64,000 nucleotides of DNA. Origin: the human T2T-CHM13v2.0 reference genome, Homo sapiens. A model generated the notes under the pieces. The model did no database searches. It was not told the DNA's origin and saw only the letters and a program-made list of their open reading frames with translations. Positions 1-16,279 of the stretch are shown here, piece by piece (position 1 is the stretch's first letter; every line of letters begins with the position of its first letter). The stretch lies in assembly GCF_009914755.1 (NCBI RefSeq), contig NC_060937.1. One strand, written 5' to 3'. A program made the translations under genes and the position numbers.

Positions 1-1806
1 TTCGAATTTTGTAAGCAATCTACAAGATTTAACCTTGATTATAAAATATAACTTCTGTAAGCCTTTTATAAACTTTATTAAGAAGTTGGTTAATGCTTCA
101 AGAAAACCTTGCTAATCTGACACAGGAGTCCATGTACTGGTTTTGCATTAGTGTGCCCTTGACATTAATAATTAATTTATAGAGAAACAGAACTTATTTT
201 ATCTTTCAAAATCAGCCCTTACAATCTTAGGCGCCCACCTCTTCTGTGATAGTCCCTGGGCCCTGAGGAGTTGAATAGCTTTAATTTCTTGCCCTGTGTC
301 TCAGGAATGCAATTTGTTTTGATTGGCATCTTCTATGGGGCCTGAAGATGAGGCTTTTATTGCTGTCAATGTTTAAGATTTAGCAGGACTTGGTGTCCTT
401 TTTAGACCCAGGAGTTACAGCCTTGAAACTCAATGTAACAATGTACATACAGGAAGATACATGCATGTAATAACCTTAATTAAAAAAAAATTTTATCTCT
501 GTTTTTTTCCTAAGCAAACCAAAACTTAATAATAACATGATAACTTGATTATATAAAAGTTTTTGTTTTTCTTTTTAATATAAATCCTCTTATTGTGACT
601 TACACTGACTGTTAATGACATGATCAGACTTTCTGATTTGTTCTCAACATCCCTCCTTTTTAGATAACCAGTTATTTTATTTTAGGACTAAATTTACCAT
701 ACAAGATTCTTTCTTATATAAAATTATTTCTCTTTAAGCTTTTTTACCTCAAAAAAGAAAACCTCCTTATTTTTATAACTTTCTTTACATCTCTTTTTAT
801 TCCTGGTGCCTTTCACCTTGTTTTATATATAACCTTTAAATAAGCTTTGAATTAGACAAAACTTGTTCACTTTTTTTTTTTTTAAAGGACACACTTTTTT
901 ATTTAGCAAGAATGTTTTCCCACAATATATATTTATTGGAAAATACCCAAATAATGAAATAGCTATTATTTAATTTAATATAACTTTATATTATAAATTA
1001 TGATCAGTTTATCTACAAGTATTTATTCCATTACATTTATCTAAGTGTTTTATTTGTTTACCTAGATTATTTATGAAAACTGTGATAGTCATGATTTAAA
1101 GTTATGAAATCGCCATTGCAAAATTATAACTGAGACAGTGAAAAGATTTGACCTCACTGATTCCATATTGCTCTTAACCTCCAAGCTGTCCTTGTTCATT
1201 CCTGGGCGTAGGCCGAACTAACTTTGGGAGGAACTTAGTTTATAGTTTAGCTTTGAAACAAAGAGGGTAACAGTCCTTTCCCCAAAACAACCCTCCTTAT
1301 TGTCTGCAGATCAGACTGCCTAAAGCCACAGGATTAGAAGTTATGGTAATCTTACTAAATTCAAGATAAAGCTATTTTCATTAAACTCATATCAATGTCT
1401 TCTTCATTAAAAATTACACAAGCAAAGATCATTCTGTTTTGGGCGGGGTTTATAGTTTTGTAACCCCTATGCCAAATTTGGCAGGGATAAGTATAAAATT
1501 GCTTGATTAATAAATGCAAACAAAAATGTATGCTGGGCAATTCTTAAGACATTTCTAATATTACTTTACCAATAATTTTAAAGCTAGCGTATTTATTAAA
1601 GATTTTACTTAAGTTACATAAACCTGAAAAACAATTTGACTAGTTTTTTCTTTTTTAGTATCTAATTCAAGCGCTTTTTTAAAAGCCAATTAATTAGAGC
1701 TCTCTTATATATTTTTAGTAGTGAAACATTCTGTACACAACACATAAATACATATAAAAACATATTAGGCATGCCGATGGAAGTACATTTTATAGATTTA
1801 TAAAGT

Positions 1807-1823
1807 CCCCCCCCCCCCCCCCC
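1807..1823. repeat. Poly-C tract (C17)
   Basis: Read directly. Confidence 0.95.
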
Positions 1824-2046
1824 ACCGCTTTCTTTCCTACCTTAGACTTTCAAATTCTTGATAACCTCTTTCACAGCCCTAGGCAGTTGTTAGCTAAATA
1901 ACCTTAAATTTGCACATTAAAGGAAACAACTCAGGTGAAAAGCAAATAGCAAAATTTACATCATAAAGTACAAAGAGAAAAAGTCTGGTGATGCTAGAGA
2001 GAGGCACTTTTATTTTTCTTTGACCCAAGTTAAACATAAAAATTAG

Positions 2047-2332
2047 GGCCGGGCACGGTGGCTCACGCCTATAATCCCAGCACTTTGGGAAGCCGAGGCG
2101 GGTGGATCACAAAGTCAGGAGTTTGAGAACAGCCTGGCCAATATGGTGAAACGTCATCTCTACTAAAAATACAAAAATTAGCTGGGCGTGGTGGTGCGCG
2201 CCTGTAGTCCCAGCTACTCAGGAGGCTGGGCAGAAGAATCGCTTGAACCCAGGAGGTAGAGGTTGCAATGAGCCGAGATCATGCCACTGCACTCCAGTCT
2301 AGGAAAGAGTGAGACTCCGTTTCAAAAAAAAA
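2047..2332 (+). mobile_element. Alu (S-type)
   Basis: GGCCGGGCACGGTGGCTCAC start, TACTAAAAATACAAAAA linker, A tail. Confidence 0.95.
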
Positions 2333-2803
2333 TTAAACTACACTGTTCCTTAAAAACCCAAGAGCAGCCTCTGATACAATAACTATTTTAGTTAAAAAAA
2401 AAAAAATCAGATGAAAACAAAATTCAGTCAAATAAGAAGAAAAAGAAAAAAAAAACTTTTGCTCAAAAAAAAGACAATGTCTTAGGAGACAAAAACAAAC
2501 AAAAAAACCCAAAAACATGAAGGCCTTTTAAATACAAACATGCACACATGCACACACACACATGTTGGATGTTAGCCTTTTAATTAAGCTGACTTTTAAC
2601 CATTGAGTTCCTTTACAAAAATTTTTTTAATCTTATTACCATATTTCAGCTAGGACAAAATGCTGCTAAACTAACATTGATCACACAAATTATATAATTT
2701 CTGAGTGTTCTTTGTGAAAGCAGAAATTAACACCAGCTGGTTGTTAAGTGCTAACTTTAGTCTTTTAAAAGGAAATTGCAAGACAATCTCAAACCAGTTT
2801 CTT

Positions 2804-3108
<305 letters not shown>

Positions 3109-3497
3109 CTCAAACCAGTTTCTTACCTAGTGATGGGTCTCAGGCTGTAGACTACTCTCTGCCATCCTAGGAGCAGGAAAAAAAAAAACTCATCTTCCCT
3201 GTTGGAAGCGAGCTCAAACTACATAAAGGAGTTACCTGCCTTCTATCATCATGGAAGCAGAAAAACTTGCCTTCCTATTAGAAGCAAGTAAAACTAAAAA
3301 TAAAAAAAAAAAAAAAGAGGAGTTGTACAGCAAAATAAACTTTAGATCTTGACCAAATTTTAAGAGATCAGGGATTCTCTGGAGGGGGTGCTCTCAAACC
3401 TCAGCAAATTGTCCTATTGGCTTGAGCCATAAAGTTAGCTCATGCTGCTACCAAGAACCAATAGATTTGTCAAAGGTCAGGGGCACCTCCACTCAGA

Positions 3498-3515
3498 ATC
3501 CCCTCGTGGTTACCA
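3498..3515 (-). promoter_or_regulatory. Retroviral primer-binding site complementary to the tRNA-Arg 3' end
   Basis: Minus strand TGGTAACCACGAGGGGAT starts 3 nt after the LTR end ...TTCACA; one mismatch to my recall of the tRNA-Arg(TCG) 3' end ATCCCTTCGTGGTTACCA. Confidence 0.7.
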
Positions 3516-3518
3516 TAA

Positions 3519-4215
<697 letters not shown>

Positions 4216-4380
4216 GATCAATACTGATTCCTTAATTGTCACAAATATACCATACTAATGTAAGATGTTAATAAAAGGGGAAACTTAGTATGGGGTTTAT
4301 GGAAAAATCTTCAAACTGTCTCTTCAATTTTTCTGTGAATCTAAAACTGCTTTAAAAGTAAAGCCTATTACCTATTAAAA
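4216..4380 (+). mobile_element. Old L1M 3' end fragment
   Basis: TGTAAGATGTTAATAAAAGGGGAAAC...TCAATTTTTCTGTGAATCTAAAACTG motif typical of L1MC/MD 3' ends. Confidence 0.6.
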
Positions 4381-4390
4381 AAATTTTTTT

Positions 4391-4699
<309 letters not shown>

Positions 4700-4707
4700 T
4701 TTTTTTA

Positions 4708-5158
<451 letters not shown>

Positions 5159-5181
5159 TTAAGTTAGAAAGAATTGTTGCT

Positions 5182-5497
5182 GGCTGGGCGCGGTGGCTCA
5201 TGCCTGTAATCCCAGCACTTCTGGAGACCGAGCCAGGCAGATCACAAGGTCAAAAGATCAAGACCATCCTGGCCAACATGGTGAAACCCCGTCTCTACTA
5301 AAAATACAAAAATTAGCTGGGCGTGGTGGCACATGCCTGTAGTCCCAGCTACTCAGGAGGCTGAGATAGGAGAATTACTTGAATCTGGGAGTGGGAGGCT
5401 GCAGTGAGACGAGATTACACCACTGCACCACTCCAGCCTGGCAACAGAGTGAGCCTCTGTCACAAAAAAAAAAAAAAAAAGGAAAAGAAAAAGAAAA
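5182..5497 (+). mobile_element. Alu (Sc-like)
   Basis: Full dimer; TSD AAAGAATTGTTGCT. Confidence 0.95.
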
Positions 5498-5866
5498 GAA
5501 TTGTTGCTTACAGAGTGGATGTGTGCCTATCGGTCTGCTGCAGGCCTTCCCATGGCATTGTTTTGATTGCCCTATGTATGTATCCACAGGAGCCAGCACT
5601 GAAGAATTGGGAGGTTCTTCAGCACAGTCCACACTCTGGGCTGCCTTTCTACAGCCTTCCATTCCCTGTGTTCCAGCATAAGGCTCTGGTGTGGCTCACC
5701 TCCAGGGGCAGTTATGTGCCCGTCAGTTTAGCACAGCCTGCATTCTTCCCCGTTGCTCCTAACACTTAGGGACTGTCATGACCATGTCTGTATTGTTAAA
5801 GTGTTGAACAAACCTGTTCTCTGTATCTGTGTCACCGTCAAAAGTGGAAAAATGCAAGGTAAATCA

Positions 5867-6209
<343 letters not shown>

Positions 6210-6332
6210 TTAGTTGTGTAGGTGGAGACTATCACTAGGTGACGAGCATGAAAGCGAAGTTCATGTGTTGATCGTTTGCACCAGCCTGCTTCCCTCCTCG
6301 ATGGCGCCTGTGGGCATCTGAGTGCGCCAGCT

Positions 6333-6404
6333 CCCATTTGGACCTCAGGGCAGTGAGGGGTGCTGCACCCCCATTTGGACCTCAGGGCAGTGAGGGGTGC
6401 TGCA
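6333..6404. repeat. Tandem duplication, period 37 bp
   Basis: CCCATTTGGACCTCAGGGCAGTGAGGGGTGCTGCA at 6333-6367 and 6370-6404. Confidence 0.95.
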
Positions 6405-6739
6405 GTGATGATCAGGCCATAGGTGTATGCGGAAGGAAGAAGGTGGGAGAATGACTTCTTCCCCTCTGTTTTATCACCCCCTGGGAACGCCATGGAGAGT
6501 ACCTCGACTCCGTAGAGAATTGGGATCCTGATGGAGCTAAGCCAGAAGCTGACTTTTTGGATGATCACACTGTTCTGGTTCTTTACTCCTAATTGCTGCT
6601 TTAGGAACAAACTGTCTCATGAGTATTCTGGCAGAAACAGACAGACTTGATTTTCAGAACCGTCTTTTCTTTTTTGCCAAGATTCAGAGTATGATTACTA
6701 AAATGATGATATTAATAGTAGCAAGCTCTTACTGCAGGC

Positions 6740-7215
6740 AGTACTTCTCATAGCTTTCACTCATCACACACATGGGGCCATCAGCAGAGGGGGCAGTGAT
6801 GATGACCCTTTTGGCTCCCCCATCTAGGTGATCCCCAGCCTTCTCCATGCTGGCAAAGATGCTGGTGGCCGCCACAATATAATCAGTGCTGGCATGACCC
6901 CACTTGATTTGGGTGGGATCTCACTCCTGCGAGATGGTGATGGGATTGTCATTGATGGCAGGCTTCCCGTTCTCAGCCTTGATGGTGCCGTGGAACTTGC
7001 CATGAGCGGAATCATACTGGAACATGGAGACCATGTAGTTGAGGTCATTGATAGTGACAATATCCACTTTGCCAGAGTTGGCATCCCTGGTGACCAGGCC
7101 CCCAATATGGCCAAATCTGTTTTTTCTGGCCTTCACCTTCACCATGTTGTCTCAGGGACACAGCTGGCACTGCTCAAGAAGATGCGGCTGTCTTGTCAAA
7201 CAGGAGAAGCAGAGA
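6740..7215 (-). pseudogene. GAPDHP22: GAPDH processed pseudogene: 5'UTR plus roughly the first 140 codons
   Basis: ATG at 7145; translates as [61 protein letters not shown]; intronless, premature TGA, PFID deletion; homology continues to the GAKRVII/APSAD/EKY region. Pseudogene number is from memory of the locus. Confidence 0.92.
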
Positions 7216-8459
7216 CCCAGAATAATTATTTAAATGATACATTTTATCTTAAGAATTCAGGTGGATTTTTTTCCTTCTCAATCCAACCTGTGGGTTAATT
7301 AGCAGATTGTGTTAGAGTCTCTTTTCCTTTCCATTAGAAGTCTGCAGTCAGGGGCCAGACCCTGTAAGTTGTCATCACAAAAAGTTCATGATCAATGAAT
7401 GCTATACCTCTATTTTAGGGGTAGAGTCTCACATACCATTTAAACTCCATGATGTAAAGATAATATGGAAAATTGGGGAGGATTCAAAAACATTAGAATG
7501 ACCAAAGGGTTGGAAAGTTACAGAAATATTTAGTCTGGAGTAGAAAAGGCTGAAAGGTGTTTGCAAAATTCACTTCAAATAGATGAATAAAGGAATCAAG
7601 AGGATATTGAGCAGATGTTTTGGTTTTGTGGCTGATGGAGCAGATTTGGTTAAGGCCATTGCACAGAGCAGCTGCAAGGGACTAAAACTGAAGATCCTCT
7701 GTACCAGGGATCAGGGCTGCACCCAACAGTGGGCAGGTTTTAGTTGGAAGAATGGATGGCGCACAAAGGGAGTGGTTTATTAAAGGAAACCCACCCAGAT
7801 GGACACGTGGACATCAGAACTATTTAAAATTAGTGTCAGGATTCCACCATTCCTGGGCACATTCCTCCCTCCTTGGAGTCAAGTTTCCTCGTGCAGGGTC
7901 CACCTGAGTCTCACTCTGTCTCCCTGTTGTGTTTGCACAGGGCAAACCCTCCTAAACCTGCTGGCTCAGAAAACCCAAGAGGTTATTATGTTGTGTCTTT
8001 TTGGACACTGGTGGGGGTACTCATTACTGAATAAATTCCCTTCTAAACAAATACTCCATCCCTAGCAGGCAGAAGGATATAAACATTTGGCAGATCAGCG
8101 CAATGATCTCACTTTAACATCTTAACCAACCCCAGCTTCTACAAATAGATGATATCATTGTAGCAATATAGGGCAGACTCTGCCAGCAGACTTTCTGAGA
8201 CTCTCCTGGAACATAATTTGTCTTACAACACTTTTGGCAATCCCTTGGCCATGCTAGGGGGAGGGGTAGAGGGGAAGGAGAAGGGTGGGGTCCAGGGGTA
8301 AGAGGATAAGGAGATTAGGCAGCCTCATTTCCTTCTTTCCACTCGAAGGAGCCTCTGTAAAAGCTGAGGCTGCACCCACAACCTGGGAAAGGTGCAACCG
8401 GTCACACACCCGGTGACAGGCGTGTCAGCAAACCACAGAGCGTGGCGGAGGGGGAGGGC

Positions 8460-8915
8460 AGCCAGGCTAAGTGTCCAGTGTTTGTAAAGTCTACACTTCT
8501 GCACAGTAACATCCTAAGCCTTCACATTCACTCACCAATCACTCGCCTACTCACCCAGAGCAACTTCCAGTCCTGCAAGCTCCATCCATGGTGATGGACG
8601 GTGATGGGCTATTTCCCCAATGTAGAAAGCAGATTCAAAAACAGATTCAACAAAACATAGCAAGGCACCTGCCCTCTGCAGGTGGACCATTTTTAATCTT
8701 TTATATCATATTTTTACTGCACCTTTTCTGTGTTTAGATACACACATACTTACCATTGTGTTACAATTGCCTACAGCATTCAGTACAGGCCCATGTTGTA
8801 CAGGTTTATGGCCTGGAAGCAATGGGTTATATCATATAGCCTAGGTGTGTGGTAGGCTACACCCTCCAGGTTTGTGTAAATACACTCTGATGTTTACATG
8901 GTAACAAAAATGTCT
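8460..8915 (+). mobile_element. Tigger3-type DNA transposon fragment, interrupted at ~8595-8669
   Basis: CACCCAGAGCAACTTCCAGTCCTGCAAGCTCCAT and TACTTACCATTGTGTTACAATTGCCTACAG match the recalled Tigger3b. Confidence 0.75.
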
Positions 8916-9440
8916 TGCCTGGGACTAGAGGTAGGAGAATAGGGAGATTAGGAAATTCAGGCTTACTGCCTTCTTTTCACCTGTAGGAGATGCTACTGGT
9001 GTCCCAACTGCATTCTCTTTGCCCACCCTGGAAGTAGTACCTAGCACTTCAGTGGCAATTCTCATATAAGCACCCATGTCTCTCTGCCTGAGGGCTTTCT
9101 CTGGATACAGGGGTGTGCTTGGCCCATGCATAGAGCAGGCTGAAAGTGCCCAGGGGCTTATAACCCCCAGGAGAATCTCCTACTTGTATCTGAAACTTTT
9201 GTCTCAGAGTCTGCTTTTGGAGAGACCCAAATTGAAACAGATGGCAATAATATGAAATATTTTTAAGAATCTGAGTGATGAAGTTTAATGAAGTTCTAAT
9301 TCTTTTAAAGTGTCTCAAATGTTCTGTTACATTTTGTTACTTTGCAGTAATTGTTCCACTGCACTGAAATCCTTTTCACCCAAATATGCAGCTGGAAATA
9401 CTATAATAAATAACACAGCTCCCATTTTAAAGGAGGGCAA

Positions 9441-9735
9441 AGCTGGGCACGGTGACTCACGCCTGTAGTCCCAGCCTTTAATCCCAGCACTCTGGGGGGC
9501 CTCAGCAGGAGGATCACTAAGCTCAGGAGTTTGAGACCAGCGTGGGCAAAATAGTGAGACCCTGTCTCTACAACAAATAAGATAATTAGCTAGGTGTGGG
9601 AGCATGCACCCTGTAGTCCCAGCTACTTGGGAGGCTGAGGCATGAGGATTGCTTGAGCCCAGCAGGTCGGGCTGCAGTGAACCATGATCATGCCCCTGCA
9701 TTCCAGCCTAGGTGACGGAGCGAGACCCTGTCTAA
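9441..9735 (+). mobile_element. AluJ
   Basis: Diverged dimer, GGATTGCTTGAGCCCAG. Confidence 0.9.
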
Positions 9736-9749
9736 ATATATATATGTAT

Positions 9750-10030
9750 ATATCCCACAGTTCTGGAGGCTGGGAAGTCCAAGATCAAGGCACCAGCAAA
9801 GTCGGTGTCTGGTGAGGGCTGGCTCTTTGTTTCCAGCTGTGCCTTCACATGGTGGGAGCGCAGAACAAGTGCCCTCAGGCCTCTTTTATAAGGGCACTGA
9901 TCCTGTTCATGAGAGCTCTGTCCTCATGACCTAATCACCTTCCAGATGACCCACCTACCAGCACCACTGTACTGTGGGTTCCCTTTCAACATATGCATTC
10001 TGAGGGACACAAGCATTCAGACCAGAGCAA
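9750..10030 (-). mobile_element. MaLR LTR fragment (MST/MLT1A-like)
   Basis: CACAGTTCTGGAGGCTGGGAAGTCCAAGATCAAGG...CTCATGACCTAATCACC...CATTCAGACCA. Confidence 0.8.
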
Positions 10031-10319
10031 CATGTAAAATGGAATAGGCTCCAGACCTGAAAGAATACAAACAGGCTTTTCACCCACATAATAAGCATGT
10101 GGCAAGATAGTCAAAGGTGGTTAGAATCGAGAACAATCTGGTTTTTGTGCAGCATTGTCTGCCACTATTGGACCTCATGTGATATCTCCCAATTCATTGT
10201 CGACAACCAAAAATACCCTATGAATTTCCAAACTACTCCCTGCTGAGTAAACATCCAAAGTGAAAACTACTGGATCATTGAAAAGATTTAACTACTCTTT
10301 TCAAAGATTCCAGACCCAC

Positions 10320-10633
<314 letters not shown>

Positions 10634-11468
10634 TGTTTTCTAGTATTAGTTTATATGTATTATATGTTGAAAGTGGATTTGAAGCAGTGCAAAGTGCATC
10701 TGAAGCCTATTTTATCCAAGGATTGACCACCAACCCTAGTGATTATCTACTGATTTCCCAGAAGGCTGCTGCCGAGAATCTCTGGAGATTCGGAGATGGA
10801 TTTCTCAGCCACAAAGTGGAACAGGATATCACCTCTATGCTGGGGGGACAGGAGATACCGTTTGTACACAGCTCGATACTTTGGAAGTTTGTGATTGTTT
10901 GTTGTTTTCGGCCTTCTCCACTACTTAGTAATTTTTAGGAAGAATTTCAGTCTATCTCAGCTATTCAGAAGGAGCACTGTACTAAAGGCAGGTGAAAGCA
11001 AGGGGAAGGTGGTTGTTCGGGATGCTTGGCCAACCATCTTCCCTCCTGCCTGAAAAAGACTCTCTCCTTTGACCAAAACTCCAGTCAGGCTTCTCTGAGT
11101 CCTCTGCTTGACTAGGCCCAATCTTGGACTTTTCTCTCTGTCCTTGCAGAGCCCAGTGTGAGCAAGAATCCTGCTAAGTGGGTCTAGTGAAAAGCCTCTA
11201 CTCTTGGTTGACCACCCTTGTTATCTGATCTCCCTGGCCTGCCTTCAGCAGGAATCCTATCAGGTCTGTTTAGACAGAAACCCCCTTATCCTTGGGGCTT
11301 CCTCTTAGTAATTTTCCATGCGCTGCTTTCCACCCTGCTCCTTGATTATAAATCCCCACCTGTCCTTGGTAGAGTTGGTGCTGAGTTCAATTTCTCCCCA
11401 CTGCAAAGCCCTGCAGTGCCCCTCTACCTATCACCATGGCCCCCTGGAATAAAGTCTGCTTTACCATC

Positions 11469-12528
<1,060 letters not shown>

Positions 12529-13433
12529 TCAGAAATGCTGTTTTATTTTATTGAAGGAGGACAATGGCTTCACATCAGAATGAGCAGGATACAACATTTT
12601 GAAAGACACATTCCCTGTTTTTTATGGGCTCACCCTTTCACAGTAGAAGACAGAAACCCAATAACAGAGACAATGGCATAAGTATTATAAAGTAGGCATG
12701 CATCAAGTGTGATGACAGCACGAAAGAGGGGATAACTACTTCTGCCATTACAGTCTGGAAGAGGTATCATTTCAGCTGATATTGTGGCAAAGTATTTTAC
12801 CCAGCAGAGGGAGTATCCACTCAATGATGTTCTTAAAGTACCTAGGTAGGAGTGCTAGGCAGCAAATGATTCTCTTAATGTGTATGTCCACACATTGTTA
12901 TGTGTAAGTAGCCTTATTAATTTGGTTGTAAATAAAAGGTTGAGTAATAATAAAAATGAAATCACCAAATTCTACAATTTGACCTCAAAATATGCTGTAA
13001 GTTCTGATATTATTCCTACTTTACCTGGGAAGGCAGAGCGGTTACCTAGGAAGGTGAACTGTGGAAGTCCGCTGTGGATTGGGGATACCTGATCTCATGA
13101 TGAGTCAGGCTTACCCTGACTCCTTCTGGGTCTCTCTGGTGGAGACAGCCCTTCACCTCTGCAAAGCTTATCCACGTGTCTGGTGATTTCCTTATAGCAT
13201 ACAGAGCTTTTAAGGTTTACAAACGTATACCTATTTCCCCAATGTAGAAAGCAGATTCAAAAACAGGTTCAACAAAACATAGCAAGGCAATAGGTGATTC
13301 CTAGAGACCAACAGATTGAGTTCTTGTAATAAAATCTAGAAAAGAGAAAAGGTGGAAATGTCAGCCAGGGCAACAGAAATGATATGCACCAGGAGATCCA
13401 GGAATTCATAGTAAAGGTCAGATGAGTTTCACA

Positions 13434-13820
13434 GGTGTAGGGTTTCCTCTACCTCTGCACTACTGACAATCCAGGCGGGGTAATTCTTTACTGTGGGCAG
13501 GAGGAGGGGGGAGGTTGGCCCGGTATTGCCAGATGTTTAGCAGCACCCTTGGCCTCAGCCCATTAGATGCCAGTAGCACCCTCTCCCCAGCACGTTGTGA
13601 CACCCAAAAATGTCTCCAGATATTGTCCCCTGGAGGTCAAAATTGTCCCCCTGCGAATCACTACACTAGTGCATCTCAGACTCTAAGGTGCACACAAATT
13701 ACCTGGGGTGTCTTGTTAAACGCCAGTTCTGCTTTAATAGGTCTAGGGTAGGGCTTGGCACTTTCTAGTGCAAACAAAATCCCAGGTGAGGCTGAAGCTG
13801 CCTGTCCACAGACCACACTT
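13434..13820. mobile_element. MER20 followed by MER5A-like hAT fragments
   Basis: GATGTTTAGCAGCACCCTTGGCCTC..AGATGCCAGTAGCACC..AAAATGTCTCCAGA; ..CAAATTACCTGGGG..CCCAGGTGA..GACCACACTT. Confidence 0.75.
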
Positions 13821-14029
13821 GCTCCTTAGAAGACAAATCTGCAGCCACCAGTTAGCATGTTCAGGTCCTCAGGATGCAGAGTAGATGTACAATCAAGGTA
13901 TGGATCACTGCAGATACTTATGAGCAGAGTCTGGATGCCATACCATCTTGCATTTAGCTGCAAAGAATGTTTATAGAATTGAACGTAAGTGAAGGGTTTA
14001 TGTTTTTTAAGCTTTAAAGCACTTTTTAA

Positions 14030-15135
14030 TGTCGGTTCTCAAACTTTTTGGAATCCCTTTATTCTTAGAAATTATTAAGAACTACAGATCTTTAGTTTAT
14101 GTGGGTTTATACCTATGAGTATTTACCATAGTAGAAATTGAAACTGAGAAATGTAAAAGATATATATGAAGTTCATTAAAAAAAATACCCATTACATATT
14201 AACATATCTAACACTTTTTAATGCAAAATTACTATACTGTCCCAAGCAAAAAAATATTGGAAGAATAGCACGGTTTAACATTTTGGCAAATGCATGCACG
14301 TATGTATGTATGTATGTATGTATTTATTTATTTATTTTGAGATGGGGTCTCTCTCTGTCCCCCAGGTTGGAGTGCAGTGGCACAACCCTGGCTCACTGCA
14401 ACCTCTGCCTTTGGGTTCAAGCGATTCTCATGCTTCAGCTTCCTGAGAAGCTGGAACTTCAGGTGTGCACCACCACACCCAGCTATTTTTTGTACTTTTT
14501 GTAGAGACAGGGTTTTGCCACGTTGGCTAGGCTGGTCTCAAACTCTTGACCTCAAGTGAACCGTCTGCCTCAGCCTCCCAAAGTGCTGGAATTACAGGCC
14601 TAAGCCACTGTGTCTGGCGGGCAAATGTCTTTAATGTCTGGTTCAATAGAAAACAGCTGGGTCCTCATATATGCTTCTGCTTTCAGTTTGTTGGGATACA
14701 TTGCTTTGGTTGAAGCATATGAGGAAAACCTGGCTTCACCTAGATACACCCCCACGGTTGGAAAAGGAAGCATTTTAATAGCCTTTCAGGTGATACATTA
14801 TTTTTTGATACTATACGATAACTTAGCAAGTGGTAGTTTCTTAAAGGTTAATTGCAGTGAGGAATCTGAAACCATATGAATGAACATTTTGGACTGTTAC
14901 ACTAAAGTTTACTGGTGTATTTTATGGTTCAAATTAATCTTTTACCCACATAAGATTTCATAACATTATGCATCGGTCAACTGGAAAATCCAGTTATGTA
15001 GCTCTGTACAGTGGAAAATCCAGTTACGTAGCTCTGTACAGTTGTCCAATTGTACAATGGAAAACTCCACTATATACTTGAGAGAGTAGAAAATAAAACT
15101 AATGTCTTAGCATTATTATGAAAATAGTTTTGGAC
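14030..15135. mobile_element. Charlie1-like hAT remnant containing an AluJb (-, ~14320-14617) and a 30-bp tandem duplication (14982-15041)
   Basis: GTTCTCAAACTTTTTGG start, GAAGCATATGAGGAAAAC, TATTATGAAAATAGTTTTG; TGGAAAATCCAGTTA(T/C)GTAGCTCTGTACAG x2. Confidence 0.7.
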
Positions 15136-15277
15136 TTTGCATCCCCTTAATGGGTCAGGGTGTAGTCCATCAACAGCTTCTGCAAACATAAAGGACCTTT
15201 TGACTGTCGTTTTCCTGAAAAATAACTCGAACGAACCTAAAGGTAAATGTAAAATGTACTTCAAGACTGTGAAAATG

Positions 15278-15570
<293 letters not shown>

Positions 15571-15839
15571 AAGACTGTGAAAATGAACTTTACGAATAAA
15601 GCCTAAAGAAGCAAATAAAAGTCATACTTTTGCCTTCTATAATCAGTGTTAACATTTTGGCCCACTGGAACCTCTCTTTGAGGGTAGGGACTGTGTTGAT
15701 CTACGAATCACAGATTTAGCACACTGGCTGGCACTTATGAGCACTGAAAATGCTTTTTTTTTTTTAGTACTCCATAGCCTATCCCTTTCATTTAGCTGGG
15801 TAGTGTGGTCAATTTTCCCCATAACATGCGTTCTCACAT

Positions 15840-16165
15840 AATTGCATGTATTTCTGGGGTACAGTGTGATGGTTCCATACATATACACATTGTGCAACCA
15901 TCTAATCAGGGTAATTAGCACATCCATCACCAAAACACTTGTCATTTCTTTGTGGTGAGAATATTCAAAATCCTCTCTTCTAGCTATTTTGAAGTTAACA
16001 TTATCGTTGAGTATAGTCATCCAAACGTGCAAGAGAATACCAAAACTTATTCCTTCTAACTATAACTTTGTGTCTGTTGACCAACCTCTCCCCATCTTCC
16101 TCCCCACTAACTCTCCTCTGTACAAGAATAACCACTCTTTTACTCCCTACTTTCACGAGATCAAC
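15840..16165 (-). mobile_element. L1MA-type 3' end
   Basis: GGGTACAGTGTGAT..ATCAGGGTAATTAGCACATCCATCACC..TTCAAAATCCTCTCTTCTAGCTATTTTGAA. Confidence 0.8.
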
Positions 16166-16279
16166 TTAAAAAAAAACTTTTTAAAACGACTGCATGATAT
16201 GTTTTCAGGCTCACACATTTAAAAACCGTGACTTTGGCAAAGAGTAACTTCATTCTGCTGGGGAAAAAAATTTAAATGG

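Noticed and set aside
6828-7298. 156-aa + strand ORF
   Set aside because: Antisense shadow of the GAPDH pseudogene coding frame
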